Shown in pieces: positions 9,281 through 18,456 of a stretch of 64,000 bases of DNA. Location of the stretch: IMG/VR virus record IMGVR_UViG_3300025168_000061; one strand, given 5' to 3'. This DNA is from an uncultured virus (IMG/VR IMGVR_UViG_3300025168_000061) (lineage: Duplodnaviria; Heunggongvirae; Uroviricota; Caudoviricetes). The position numbers were made by a program, and so were the translations under genes. Numbering within the stretch: position 1 is the first letter of the stretch; each line of letters begins with the position of its first letter. The notes under the pieces were generated by a model. The model searched no databases. It worked only from the letters and a program-made list of their open reading frames with translations, and was not told the origin of the DNA.

Positions 9281-9310
9281 AATATACGAAGGTTTATGTA
9301 GAAATCCAAA
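9281..9310 (-). promoter_or_regulatory. TTTG-N20-TATATT promoter (folE)
   Basis: TTTGGATTTCTACATAAACCTTCGTATATT. Confidence 0.7.
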
Positions 9311-9730
9311 TTATACTTTATAATCTTGTATGGTTTTTGAATCTTTCCTTTCCCAAGGATATGTTATCCAATCATCATCATATAATTTTTTGGAGTAAAA
9401 GGTTGGGGTTAAAGATGAAGTGTGGGGTTTGTAGTGTAATACTGCAGTGTTAAGATTAAATGGGAAGGAATATAATGTTTGATAATCTTTTGTAAGTTTA
9501 TCTAATGTTTCTCCACTATCACAGATATCATCTACTATTAAAGTATTTGGGCCAATGTCTCCTTTGGCCATAGGTATTCCTAATTGGTGGGAAATCATAA
9601 CTGCAGGAATAAGTCCTCCTCTTTGTAGACCAAATATGTTTTTATACTTGGTTTTTGAATTGGTTATTTTGAGAGATAAGTTATTAACTAATGCTTCTAT
9701 CTCTTCCCAGGGTATATAATGTTTATTCAT
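9311..9730 (-). CDS. Type I phosphoribosyltransferase (Gpt / xanthine-guanine PRT-like)
   Basis: GLQRGGLIPA, PRPP-binding LIVDDICDSGETL, WITYPWE. Confidence 0.92.
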   Translation of the reverse strand: MNKHYIPWEEIEALVNNLSLKITNSKTKYKNIFGLQRGGLIPAVMISHQLGIPMAKGDIGPNTLIVDDICDSGETLDKLTKDYQTLYSFPFNLNTAVLHYKPHTSSLTPTFYSKKLYDDDWITYPWERKDSKTIQDYKV

Positions 9731-9736
9731 AACATT

Positions 9737-9766
9737 AATATACGAATGATATTTGGGGGGGACAAA
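9737..9766 (-). promoter_or_regulatory. TTTG-N20-TATATT promoter (PRTase), 6 nt from the ATG
   Basis: TTTGTCCCCCCCAAATATCATTCGTATATT. Confidence 0.7.
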
Positions 9767-9865
9767 TTTAATTTATGGGGGTTGTTATAGAGAACTCCCA
9801 CATTTATTTATTTGAAGTATGTTTTGAGAGGTAATTTTATATTATTAGATGAGATTTAAGAAATT

Positions 9866-10135
9866 TTACCATAGGTTTAAATACTCAAAAGTAGGTGCCT
9901 TTCCTTTATAATCTTGATGGTTTATAAAATAATTTGTAAAGGCAACTTTACATTCTTCTAATGTGCTATCTTTCGTTAATTTCAAATCTGCTTGAGAGGG
10001 GGTAATAATAAAGTAATTATTTCCATCTAAAATACCATTAAATTTATGTTGTTGATATATACCATCTTTTAATTCTAGCACACAATTCCCATTATTTACT
10101 AATTCTGTTGATTGTTGTAATGTTAAATGACTCAT
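9866..10135 (-). CDS. Hypothetical protein (89 aa), possibly a fibre-associated protein
   Basis: Directly follows the fibre-like gene. Confidence 0.65.
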   Translation of the reverse strand: MSHLTLQQSTELVNNGNCVLELKDGIYQQHKFNGILDGNNYFIITPSQADLKLTKDSTLEECKVAFTNYFINHQDYKGKAPTFEYLNLW

Positions 10136-10148
10136 TTTATTTTCTATT

Positions 10149-11288
10149 TTACTGCATTGTAATTATTTCGGCTGAAGTTCTCCAGTTCCAAGTTCCTACT
10201 ACGGGGGTGACTGTTACTAGAACGGTGTCTGTACCTGAGATAGTAAAATCAACACTTAAACCTACGTTAGTAGCTTGGTCGATAAGGGTGGTGTAGCTAT
10301 CGACTGCTGATACTGTTCCACCAGAATTTTTGAAGGTTCCTACTATATTCCAATATCCCCCTTGTTGGGGGTCGCTATTGTTTTGGCACCCAATTTTAGC
10401 ATTGATCGTGGTGATTTGATCTCTTCCAACTGTGATAATACCACAAAATGCTGCTACTGCTATAGTTGTTTGTGCTGAAGCTAAAAAGGTTTTATTTATA
10501 GTTGTTCCTGTGCCCGATGTGGTAGTAATGTCCCCTGTTGTAATTAGATTATCACCATATAAATCACCACTAGCACTAATATTTGCAGATGATGTAATAT
10601 TACCACTAGAATCTATATTAAAATTATCTGATTCTACTGTTAGAGGACTGGATCCTAATAAATGGCTAAATGAACCTGTTATTCCATATACTGTATTACT
10701 TGCACTTATGTTAGATCCGGTTATATCACCTGTTACTATTAATGAACCAGTAATTTCACCATTCCCATTTAAAGTTCCATCCCATTCACTTTCAACACCC
10801 GTTAATTGTGAACCATCACCTAGTAAATGTAAAAATGAACCTGTTACTCCATAGATATCTGCACTTGAGCTTATATTACCTGAGGAAGTTATTTGGCCAA
10901 CTACATTTAAGCTGTCATCTATTCTTACAACATTTGTAGCACTGTTTACAACAGGGGTTTGGATATATGAAGCAGCTACTATTCTATCCCCAAATAAATT
11001 TGAACTTGAACTTATAATACCAGTTACAGTTAAAGACCCAGTTATTGAAGCATTTCCATTGTGAGAACCATCCCATTCTCCTGTTACACCTGTAATTCCA
11101 GAACCATCTCCTTGGAAACTTCCTGAGAATGAACCTGATACTGAGTAGTTGCCTCCACTTAATAGATTATCTACTGTGATTTTTTTAGTTTCGGTATTTG
11201 TTGTATCTACTATTGCTAGTAAATCAATTGATGATGTTACTTCATTTGAAGTAAGGGGATTTAATTGGGATATTTTTTTTACTGACAT
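10149..11288 (-). CDS. Fibre-like virion protein with Gly/Ser/Thr repeats
   Basis: N-terminal KKISQL, SGSFSGSFQGDGS, duplicated GDGS..TGV..EWDG..NGN..ITGSL.VTG; preceded by TATTTATA. Confidence 0.75.
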   Translation of the reverse strand: MSVKKISQLNPLTSNEVTSSIDLLAIVDTTNTETKKITVDNLLSGGNYSVSGSFSGSFQGDGSGITGVTGEWDGSHNGNASITGSLTVTGIISSSSNLFGDRIVAASYIQTPVVNSATNVVRIDDSLNVVGQITSSGNISSSADIYGVTGSFLHLLGDGSQLTGVESEWDGTLNGNGEITGSLIVTGDITGSNISASNTVYGITGSFSHLLGSSPLTVESDNFNIDSSGNITSSANISASGDLYGDNLITTGDITTTSGTGTTINKTFLASAQTTIAVAAFCGIITVGRDQITTINAKIGCQNNSDPQQGGYWNIVGTFKNSGGTVSAVDSYTTLIDQATNVGLSVDFTISGTDTVLVTVTPVVGTWNWRTSAEIITMQ

Positions 11289-11309
11289 ATTGTTATATAA
11301 GTTATATAT

Positions 11310-11317
11310 TATAAATA
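11310..11317 (-). promoter_or_regulatory. TATTTATA putative late promoter
   Basis: Recurring intergenic motif. Confidence 0.6.
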
Positions 11318-11359
11318 TGAAGGAAAAAGTGTTGGTATTAAAATGTTAAAATAAAGGTT

Positions 11360-12172
11360 TTATGATGAAGTATGTTCAGGCATTTTTGCTCTGATTTCAT
11401 CTACTAATCCCATTTCCATAGCCTGATCCGCACTTAACCACCAATCCTGTCTATCCCAGTTCTTTTTAATTTTTTGTTTTGATAAATTAGATCTGCTTGT
11501 AAAAATATCAAGGATTCTACCTTCAATTCTTTGAATGAACCTTACTTCATCTTCAATCTCAAATGTTTTACCTGAGGCTCCAAATGCTGCTCTGTGAATC
11601 ATTACCCATGCTTGTTGGCCTACCCATCTTACATCACCCGCTTGTAGTAAAACACCTGCCATTGAAGCAGCGTATCCTAAAGTACCTGTTGTTAAGTGGT
11701 GACCTTGATATCTTAAATCTTGTAAAAAATCAAACAATTCAAATCCATCTATAATACTTCCTCCTGGGGATGAAAAAATAATTTCAATTGCACATTTAGG
11801 ATCTAATCTATGCCATTCCGTTAATGTTTCCATACACATTTTAACTGAACCTGATGATACTTTATCATTAAATCTATATAAGTAATTTTTCTCATCCCTA
11901 GAATTTCTTATATCAATCATTTCTAGTTCATCTTTCAGTTCTAACTCTTTAAGTTGAAGAGTAATTTGACTTTGTTTTAAAGATATTTCTTCCTTTTGGA
12001 GAAGTATTTTGGTTTTAGCAATGTCTATTTTTTGTTTTATTGCTTGGTTGCCTAGAATTTTAGATTCTGTTTTGATTTTATCAGCTTCTGCTTCTAATTT
12101 ACTTATTTGAGCTTGCTTAAGTTGATTATTTAGTGGGTTCTCTTGGGGGGTATCTTCTTTCTCTTCACTCAT
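11360..12172 (-). CDS. clpP: ClpP-family serine protease with an N-terminal coiled-coil extension
   Basis: SSPGGS, AASMAG (Ser), MIHR (His), DRQDWWLSA (Asp), MGLVDEI. Confidence 0.88.
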   Translation of the reverse strand: MSEEKEDTPQENPLNNQLKQAQISKLEAEADKIKTESKILGNQAIKQKIDIAKTKILLQKEEISLKQSQITLQLKELELKDELEMIDIRNSRDEKNYLYRFNDKVSSGSVKMCMETLTEWHRLDPKCAIEIIFSSPGGSIIDGFELFDFLQDLRYQGHHLTTGTLGYAASMAGVLLQAGDVRWVGQQAWVMIHRAAFGASGKTFEIEDEVRFIQRIEGRILDIFTSRSNLSKQKIKKNWDRQDWWLSADQAMEMGLVDEIRAKMPEHTSS

Positions 12173-12178
12173 ATATTA

Positions 12179-12313
12179 TTATTTTGATAATTGTATTATT
12201 TTATTTCTAAGTTCATCAATCATTTCTTGAACCTCATCTGGTTCCATTGTAATAGCACAACACGTTCCTACATGCTCTGATATTTCATCTAATAGTTCTA
12301 AAGCTTCCTTCAT
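12179..12313 (-). CDS. Small hypothetical protein (44 aa, MKEALELLDEISEHVGTCCAITMEPDEVQEMIDELRNKIIQLSK), absent from the ORF track
   Basis: TAATG overlap with the queE stop; fills the gap to clpP. Confidence 0.75.
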   Translation of the reverse strand: MKEALELLDEISEHVGTCCAITMEPDEVQEMIDELRNKIIQLSK

Positions 12314-13083
12314 TACACACCCCTTTCAGTATCAAATGCAATTATATGATCTCGCCCTGTCATATTATAACCATGTTCAGCACACATTTCAAATACTAGG
12401 GGATACATTTCAATTAGAGTTTCTCTAGTATCTCCAGCAGGCATTATATAAGTTTTGTCTTTTGGGATTTCCATTTTAATTCTAAAGTCTTCAATTTCCT
12501 TTAGGTTTTCATCCGTACCATCCCAAACTGGTTTATAATGATAATCTGTATGGTAATCAAGGGTTTGTCTTATTTTTTCATAATTAAGTCTAAACTTATT
12601 ATGTTGTTTAATCATTCTTTCGTCTGCCACTTTTCCTTGAGGCGTAACAGCACCAAGTACGGGTACAGAATTACTAAACTTAGGACTGAGAGAGATAAGA
12701 GAAAGAGGATAGTCAGTATTAAGGAAATGACTTCCTTCGGTTTCAATTGTAATGAGAATATTTCTTTCATAAGCAAAATGGGTTAGCTCATTTACTAATG
12801 CTGGGTGCATAGTTGGTGAACCCCCTGTTAACATCATTTCTTTAATATGAGGATTTTCATCATATATTTTAATAATATCATTAAATGAGAATGTTCCTTT
12901 TTCAGGATGAATACTAGTGTAAAATGAATCACACCATCCACCTTCGCCAAAGAAACAACGATGAGTACATCCAGTGGTTCTTACTGCTATTGTAGGTCTT
13001 CCAAACCTAGAGCCTTCTGATTGGACACATCTATATAATTCTAATATTGGTAAGGTTTTGTTGTAATCTTCTATTCGTTTCAT
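12313..13083 (-). CDS. queE: 7-carboxy-7-deazaguanine synthase (radical SAM)
   Basis: VQSEG, RTTGCTHRC...WCDS, LTGGSP, IETEG, SLSPK. Confidence 0.93.
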   Translation of the reverse strand: MKRIEDYNKTLPILELYRCVQSEGSRFGRPTIAVRTTGCTHRCFFGEGGWCDSFYTSIHPEKGTFSFNDIIKIYDENPHIKEMMLTGGSPTMHPALVNELTHFAYERNILITIETEGSHFLNTDYPLSLISLSPKFSNSVPVLGAVTPQGKVADERMIKQHNKFRLNYEKIRQTLDYHTDYHYKPVWDGTDENLKEIEDFRIKMEIPKDKTYIMPAGDTRETLIEMYPLVFEMCAEHGYNMTGRDHIIAFDTERGV

Positions 13084-13098
13084 AACTGTTTTTAATTT

Positions 13099-13176
13099 TG
13101 GTGGAGGTACTCAGGATCGAACTGAGACGTCTTCTGCGTGCAAGGCAGATGTTTTAGCCATTTAAACTATACCCCC
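13099..13176 (-). tRNA. tRNA-Ala(UGC)
   Basis: Acceptor stem GGGGGTA/TACCTCC with G3:U70, D stem GTTT/AAAC, anticodon arm TCTGC-CTTGCAC-GCAGA, T arm CTCAG-TTCGATC-CTGAG, encoded CCA. Confidence 0.95.
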
Positions 13177-13202
13177 ATGTTTAATAATAAATATTAATAG
13201 TA

Positions 13203-13670
13203 TTAGTCTTCACAATAGTAGGCTGCATTTTTTCCATGTTCCATAAACTTCACTTTAGTAACCCTAACTCGCCCATCTGTTTCCTCAAGTACGAATGGGT
13301 TTAGTTTATTGAAAATATACTCAGCAAATTTTTCTGCACCCGTTGCTTCAATAACTCTCAATTGTATAACACCTAAATCATTCATTGTTTTCCAACCTCC
13401 CATTCCTGGGTCGTCTTCAGCTACTATAACTGTGTGGTCAAACATATAGTCCATCCATTCTTTTGGTTGTTTATCTTCAATTAGGGTTTTAGCTCTTTTC
13501 ATTCCTCCAAAATCCCATACCCAATTTCTATCATCTAATTCGCCTTCAAAGTAAACTTTAAATGATATACCATATCCATGTAAAAACCTACAGTGTGTGT
13601 TTTCTGCTTTCCATTGACGAAACACTGTACTAAAACCGTCAAATACTTTACTTGATTGAAACTTTCCCAT
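13203..13670 (-). CDS. queD: 6-carboxy-5,6,7,8-tetrahydropterin synthase
   Basis: HCRFLHGY, WVWDFG, FDHT, GAEKFAE, EHGKN. Confidence 0.93.
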   Translation of the reverse strand: MGKFQSSKVFDGFSTVFRQWKAENTHCRFLHGYGISFKVYFEGELDDRNWVWDFGGMKRAKTLIEDKQPKEWMDYMFDHTVIVAEDDPGMGGWKTMNDLGVIQLRVIEATGAEKFAEYIFNKLNPFVLEETDGRVRVTKVKFMEHGKNAAYYCED

Positions 13671-13921
13671 TATACTAATTCTTCATAAATTCCTACTACT
13701 TCACTTAAAACCAAAACCGATGCTGCTATTGGTATACTATAAAATAATAACCCATAACCCGCTATCCTAATTCCAGATTTAATAAAACTAATTCTTTGGT
13801 GTTCTTTAGGATCAGGTAATTTATGTCCATCAATATGGATAGCACCTTTTTTTACTGTTGTTTTGTTTTTTATAACATCAAGAATTTCACCTTGAACTTT
13901 ATTCTTTGGTTTATACGCCAT
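13670..13921 (-). CDS. Small membrane protein
   Basis: Hydrophobic C-terminal half; coupled to the queD start. Confidence 0.7.
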   Translation of the reverse strand: MAYKPKNKVQGEILDVIKNKTTVKKGAIHIDGHKLPDPKEHQRISFIKSGIRIAGYGLLFYSIPIAASVLVLSEVVGIYEELV

Positions 13922-13931
13922 AATTTTAATT

Positions 13932-14777
13932 TTAATGTTCTGCTAAAACTTGTTCTACGTGTGCCTTAGCTACTTTATATTCTACAGGTCCTTTTTCATT
14001 TGCATAACTTACGGGATCAGGTTTTCCTAATTTAATAAATGCTTCTATTCTCTCTACTGATGAAGCGGATTTGTAATCTGAATACCATTTTCCTCCTCCT
14101 GTATCTGACCAACTATGGGGGATAAAAATTGGTTTATAACTTGTGTTTGTTCTTTTATAAACTTCATCAAAATCTAGTCCTAAACATTCACAACATGATT
14201 CTCCATCTTTTAAGATATCAAACTTATCTCCATTTAAATATGGTGTATAAATTTTTACTTTATCTCCTTCCCAATTTCCTTCTAAGAATGCATTGTAATC
14301 AGCATCTCTAAATTCTTGTCTACAATCAGGATAAATTTCATGATCACCTGCATGAATTCCCATTGCTATTTTAACTTCATCTCCGGTTTCAGTTGCAATT
14401 GATAGTGCTACTGCTTGGATAATTGATGAAAATATTTTATTTCTGTTAGGAACTACTGTTGCCTTCATATTATCATTCTCATAATGACCCTCAGGCACTT
14501 CATCTCCACCTTCTACTAAAGCTGAGTTTAGTAAGGTAGATAAACCGTCTAATTTGATTACTTGGTATGTTATATTATGTTTAATATAGGGATTTTTAGT
14601 TTTTTTACCTTTATCATTTAAGTAATCTACTAATTGTTGTGCTCTTTCTAGTTCAACACTGTGTTTTTGCCCATAATCAAAACTTAAACACGTTACCTTA
14701 TAACCATTAGCTAATAGGTGGAGTAATACTGTACTACTATCCATTCCGCCACTTAAACTTAATACTGCTCTTTTCAT
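13932..14777 (-). CDS. queC: 7-cyano-7-deazaguanine (preQ0) synthase
   Basis: SGGMDS, FDYGQKH..E, VPNRN, YPDCR.EF. Confidence 0.95.
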   Translation of the reverse strand: MKRAVLSLSGGMDSSTVLLHLLANGYKVTCLSFDYGQKHSVELERAQQLVDYLNDKGKKTKNPYIKHNITYQVIKLDGLSTLLNSALVEGGDEVPEGHYENDNMKATVVPNRNKIFSSIIQAVALSIATETGDEVKIAMGIHAGDHEIYPDCRQEFRDADYNAFLEGNWEGDKVKIYTPYLNGDKFDILKDGESCCECLGLDFDEVYKRTNTSYKPIFIPHSWSDTGGGKWYSDYKSASSVERIEAFIKLGKPDPVSYANEKGPVEYKVAKAHVEQVLAEH

Positions 14778-14790
14778 AATTTATTTATTT

Positions 14791-15054
14791 TTAAAATGGT
14801 AAATCTCCGTCATATGTGTCTTGTGGAAGAACAAATTCTTCATTATTTTCTTTAGCATAAAAGTAATCATCTAAAAATTTCTTTGTATAACAAAATACTT
14901 CTCCTTTGTAATTTCCATGTTCAATTTTTTGAGTTACATATTTTTGTTTATGTTTCATTGCTGTTTTATTTACTTCATCTCCTAATATAGGACCAGCAGC
15001 TTTACCTAAATACTCATATAATGAGTGATATTCTATTTCATCTATAGTTTGCAT
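14791..15054 (-). CDS. Hypothetical protein (87 aa)
   Basis: ORF in the operon. Confidence 0.75.
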   Translation of the reverse strand: MQTIDEIEYHSLYEYLGKAAGPILGDEVNKTAMKHKQKYVTQKIEHGNYKGEVFCYTKKFLDDYFYAKENNEEFVLPQDTYDGDLPF

Positions 15055-15055
15055 A

Positions 15056-15853
15056 TTATTTATTTTTTGGTATAAATTCTTTAAATTTCTTTACATTATA
15101 TAATACTAGATCCCAATTTTCACTATTACCTTCAAATTTATCTACTTTATGTGGTAATTTATCTTCTAATCCATAATCTTCATATTTAACTCCTGCCAAA
15201 CCATGAATAACTGGATTTGAAGTGTCTATTGATTCAATAAAGGGTGTGTCATGATACCAACTAAATTCTTGTGGTATGTTACATCCTAACAAATGGACTC
15301 TATCCGTTTTATCTATTAATCTCTTTTGGTAAAATTCTTTTATAGCGTTATATCTCCCATGAGCTTTGGTTATAAATTTATTACTAATATTAGGGGAGGA
15401 TTTTAATCCTTCTTTATAATACCAATCGGCCCCATAACTAAATGCTATTTTCTTATAACCCTGCATTTTTAAAATTTGGTAACATTCAAAGGCATCACTT
15501 TTACAATCAGCTTGAACTACAGCCACTGGAGTTGTTCCTTTTGGGTATTTTTTATTTATCCACTCTTTAGCTGTTACTAGTGTTTTTGTTTTATCTTGCC
15601 AATAATCTGGTACTATAAATTCATCAGGTTTGAAATAATTCATCCAATACCATAATCTTTCAGAATCATATGGTTTACCTAGTTCATGTAATGAATTATC
15701 CATAATAATATAACGCCCCATTTCCTTAGATTTTTGGAAATAGTTCTTGTATTCTTCACTTTCATCTAGTAAGTGAGGGAGACAGTAATCATACGAATTG
15801 AATGCTCTACTTTTAGCTAAATATGGAATTGGAACTTCATGTGATACCTTCAT
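15056..15853 (-). CDS. TGT/DpdA-like TIM-barrel protein (putative deazaguanine transglycosylase)
   Basis: IMDNS, VAVVQ, IAFSY, VHLLG and SIDTS resemble TGT-fold motifs; adjacent to queC. Confidence 0.65.
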   Translation of the reverse strand: MKVSHEVPIPYLAKSRAFNSYDYCLPHLLDESEEYKNYFQKSKEMGRYIIMDNSLHELGKPYDSERLWYWMNYFKPDEFIVPDYWQDKTKTLVTAKEWINKKYPKGTTPVAVVQADCKSDAFECYQILKMQGYKKIAFSYGADWYYKEGLKSSPNISNKFITKAHGRYNAIKEFYQKRLIDKTDRVHLLGCNIPQEFSWYHDTPFIESIDTSNPVIHGLAGVKYEDYGLEDKLPHKVDKFEGNSENWDLVLYNVKKFKEFIPKNK

Positions 15854-15854
15854 T

Positions 15855-16358
15855 TTATTTTATTTTTTTAGGACGTCCACGAGTGGACAATGGTTTATTT
15901 CTTTTGCCGAATTTCTTTTCACAGTAAATATAAAACTTTTCTATTGAGTTTCCAAATTCCCCCATTTCTTCTTTGACTTGTATTTTTTCCATTTTGAAAT
16001 TGATGTAGAAATCCTTTATAATTTGATTTAACCTACCATTTTCTTCCTTTTCAAAATCATCCCACAAACGTTTTCTTCTAGCACCATTAATAGCATTTTC
16101 TTCATTGAATCTTGAAAAGTCAGGATAACATTTATCATATATTTCGTTTATTTCCAATTCTGTGTATTTGGCCTGCCAATAATATTGGGAGAATTCATAG
16201 TCACCATTTTGGATTTTACTTAATAAATCTGAATTTTTGTTGAGGGGTTGGGATTTGGAGGTATATCTTCTCCACCACATAAACCTATTGTAATTTAGAG
16301 GTTGGAGTTTTTTAATTTCTTTTAAAACTAGTTTTTCGTTTACTTCATATAATGGCAT
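15855..16358 (-). CDS. Hypothetical protein (167 aa) with a C-terminal AT-hook-like RGRPKK
   Basis: ORF with its own upstream promoter. Confidence 0.75.
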   Translation of the reverse strand: MPLYEVNEKLVLKEIKKLQPLNYNRFMWWRRYTSKSQPLNKNSDLLSKIQNGDYEFSQYYWQAKYTELEINEIYDKCYPDFSRFNEENAINGARRKRLWDDFEKEENGRLNQIIKDFYINFKMEKIQVKEEMGEFGNSIEKFYIYCEKKFGKRNKPLSTRGRPKKIK

Positions 16359-16363
16359 ACCAT

Positions 16364-16393
16364 AATATAATGAAGATTTGTTGGGGAGCCAAA
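16364..16393 (-). promoter_or_regulatory. TTTG-N20-TATATT promoter heading the deazaguanine operon
   Basis: TTTGGCTCCCCAACAAATCTTCATTATATT. Confidence 0.7.
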
Positions 16394-16398
16394 TAAAC

Positions 16399-17520
16399 TT
16401 AGTAAGTTATTTGATTGTCTTCGTCTCTCAATTTATTTATTTGAGAATCTAAATCAATTAAGGCTTGGGAGGATTTTTTAGAAGACGTATCAGATCTTCT
16501 TATTTTATTTTTTTGTTTTTCTAAGTATTGAATTTGATTTTCAATATTCTTTACTTTATCTAAATCCCTAGGGGGAGTGGGTTCAGGAGTTTCTATTATT
16601 TCTTCTTCTACCTCGGTTATAACTTCTTTTATATCATATGGTGTTTCGAATTCTTTCCCTTCAGGAACAGAATACTCTACAGTTTCACCATATAAGTTTT
16701 CTCTTGTGTGAGGTTTTAGTTTTTCAAAAGCAAAATTTGCTGCTATAACTAAACTAATAGCAAGTGGATCAAATACAAAAATAATTATCAAAAGTAAATA
16801 ATTAATGATTTTATCCATAGGTAGCCCCGTTAGTCCTGAAAGGTATTTTAATGGTCCTAGTTCACCTGATGTTCCGTCTCCAATTTTGGCTTCTACTATT
16901 TCAGATTCATAATCAAATATTTTTGTGTTTAAATCATCTACCTTTGTGTTTACCGCAGTTTGTCTGGTAATGGCTTGGTCTAGCTGTTTTTCCAATGCTT
17001 TGCGGTTTGATGACGATGAACGTGTTAGGATTTGACCTGTTTCTCTATCCCTATATGTGGTAGTATTATTAGATAGTCCCTTTCTTAATTCAGCAATAGC
17101 TTCATTGATTGATGTTTTTTCTCCATTGTAAACTTCTAGTTGTTCCCTTATATTATCTCTTTTAGTTTCAATGAGTTCTATTTTGGCACTCATATTGCTA
17201 TCTTTATTGGCAGTCTCTTGATATGCTGAGCTTAGGAAGCCATAAATTCCCATTGAGGTAATTAAGATTAATACAGTACATGCTGTGATTAGATATCCCT
17301 TTAAAAGTGTAGGTAATGTTTTTCGGTATTGATATAATAAAGATGCTATAACTAGTTTAGCAACCTCAAGTGAGCTTGCCATTACTACTACTTCCCATTG
17401 TGCTCCAGCAAATAATTTACTTAAACCACTTACAGAGTAAAATGCAGCTGATGCTGATACTGCTAGGGCAGTGATAGCGATCAGAAATGGAAATATTCTT
17501 TCTGTTAGTTTTTTAAGCAT
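16399..17520 (-). CDS. Membrane protein: three TM segments, long coiled coil, one further TM segment
   Basis: Hydrophobicity pattern; GELGPLKYL and IIFVFDPLA motifs. Confidence 0.8.
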   Translation of the reverse strand: MLKKLTERIFPFLIAITALAVSASAAFYSVSGLSKLFAGAQWEVVVMASSLEVAKLVIASLLYQYRKTLPTLLKGYLITACTVLILITSMGIYGFLSSAYQETANKDSNMSAKIELIETKRDNIREQLEVYNGEKTSINEAIAELRKGLSNNTTTYRDRETGQILTRSSSSNRKALEKQLDQAITRQTAVNTKVDDLNTKIFDYESEIVEAKIGDGTSGELGPLKYLSGLTGLPMDKIINYLLLIIIFVFDPLAISLVIAANFAFEKLKPHTRENLYGETVEYSVPEGKEFETPYDIKEVITEVEEEIIETPEPTPPRDLDKVKNIENQIQYLEKQKNKIRRSDTSSKKSSQALIDLDSQINKLRDEDNQITY

Positions 17521-17528
17521 ATTTGTTT

Positions 17529-18221
17529 TTATACTAATTTTTTGGATTCTACTTCTTGTATCATCTCAAAATGGATTTTTGCTATTCTATCTCTACCATC
17601 TTCTGAGAGTAGATATTTGTGGCAATTGTCTGAATTTGTCATAAAGAAGTTTTCACTTAGGATAGCGGGCATTACTGTTTTTCTTAAAACATAAAAATCT
17701 TCTTCTTTTGTTCCTCTCATTTTTTCATCAGGAAACTCTGATGTTGCTTTATCTAGTAAAACCGATGCTATTAGGTCTGATTTTGTTTCACCTTCAGATG
17801 TATAAACAGACCAACCATTTGCTGATTCGTCACTAAACCCATTGGCATGAACCGAAACATAGATACAGGGTTTACCTCCCTTATCATATTCTTTTCTCCA
17901 AATGTCATTAGCTTTATCCGTACGTTCAGATAAAGGCATGTCTTCTTGTGTATCAACTAAATTAACACATTCAATTCCTGCATCAGTACATAATTTCATT
18001 AATCTATTAACAATACCTCTATTGAATTCTCCTTCATATAAAATTTCTCCATCAGGCCATAAGGGTGATCTTTTACCAGATGTTTGGTAAACACCATCTA
18101 TTATTCCTCCATGGCCATTATCAAATAGCCAAATATAGTTTGATTCAGATGTAGAGGGTTTAGGCGTAACCGTAACCTCATATTTAGCCCCACAATTAGG
18201 ACATTTTACATCTTTACTCAT
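17529..18221 (-). CDS. N-acetylmuramoyl-L-alanine amidase (Amidase_3), probable endolysin
   Basis: DNGHGG, EGEFN, LSERT..AN, VSVHAN, AILSENFFMTN. Confidence 0.93.
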   Translation of the reverse strand: MSKDVKCPNCGAKYEVTVTPKPSTSESNYIWLFDNGHGGIIDGVYQTSGKRSPLWPDGEILYEGEFNRGIVNRLMKLCTDAGIECVNLVDTQEDMPLSERTDKANDIWRKEYDKGGKPCIYVSVHANGFSDESANGWSVYTSEGETKSDLIASVLLDKATSEFPDEKMRGTKEEDFYVLRKTVMPAILSENFFMTNSDNCHKYLLSEDGRDRIAKIHFEMIQEVESKKLV

Positions 18222-18445
18222 TTTGGGTCTTTTTTTGCAAATGCTTTAATTGTTGATACCCCTAACATTGTAGCTGAGAATATAAGCATTGAGTTAAATA
18301 AGTCTTGATTTACTGTAAACCAATGGAAACCATCACCAATAAAGGCAAGGCATACAAGTATGCCCGAAATGATTCCTAAAGTTTTTTTGGATGAATACTT
18401 ATCTTCTTTTAAATCTTCTGTGAATATGTCGCTTACGAATTTCAT
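18218..18445 (-). CDS. Holin-like two-TM protein
   Basis: 75 aa, two TM segments, ATGA-coupled to the amidase. Confidence 0.6.
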   Translation of the reverse strand: MKFVSDIFTEDLKEDKYSSKKTLGIISGILVCLAFIGDGFHWFTVNQDLFNSMLIFSATMLGVSTIKAFAKKDPK

Positions 18446-18456
18446 TTTATTTTGTT

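Noticed and set aside
8561..14777. Queuosine tRNA modification or folate pathway
   Set aside because: No queF, queA, queG, canonical tgt or fol genes other than folE in the window; the only tRNA is not a GUN tRNA.
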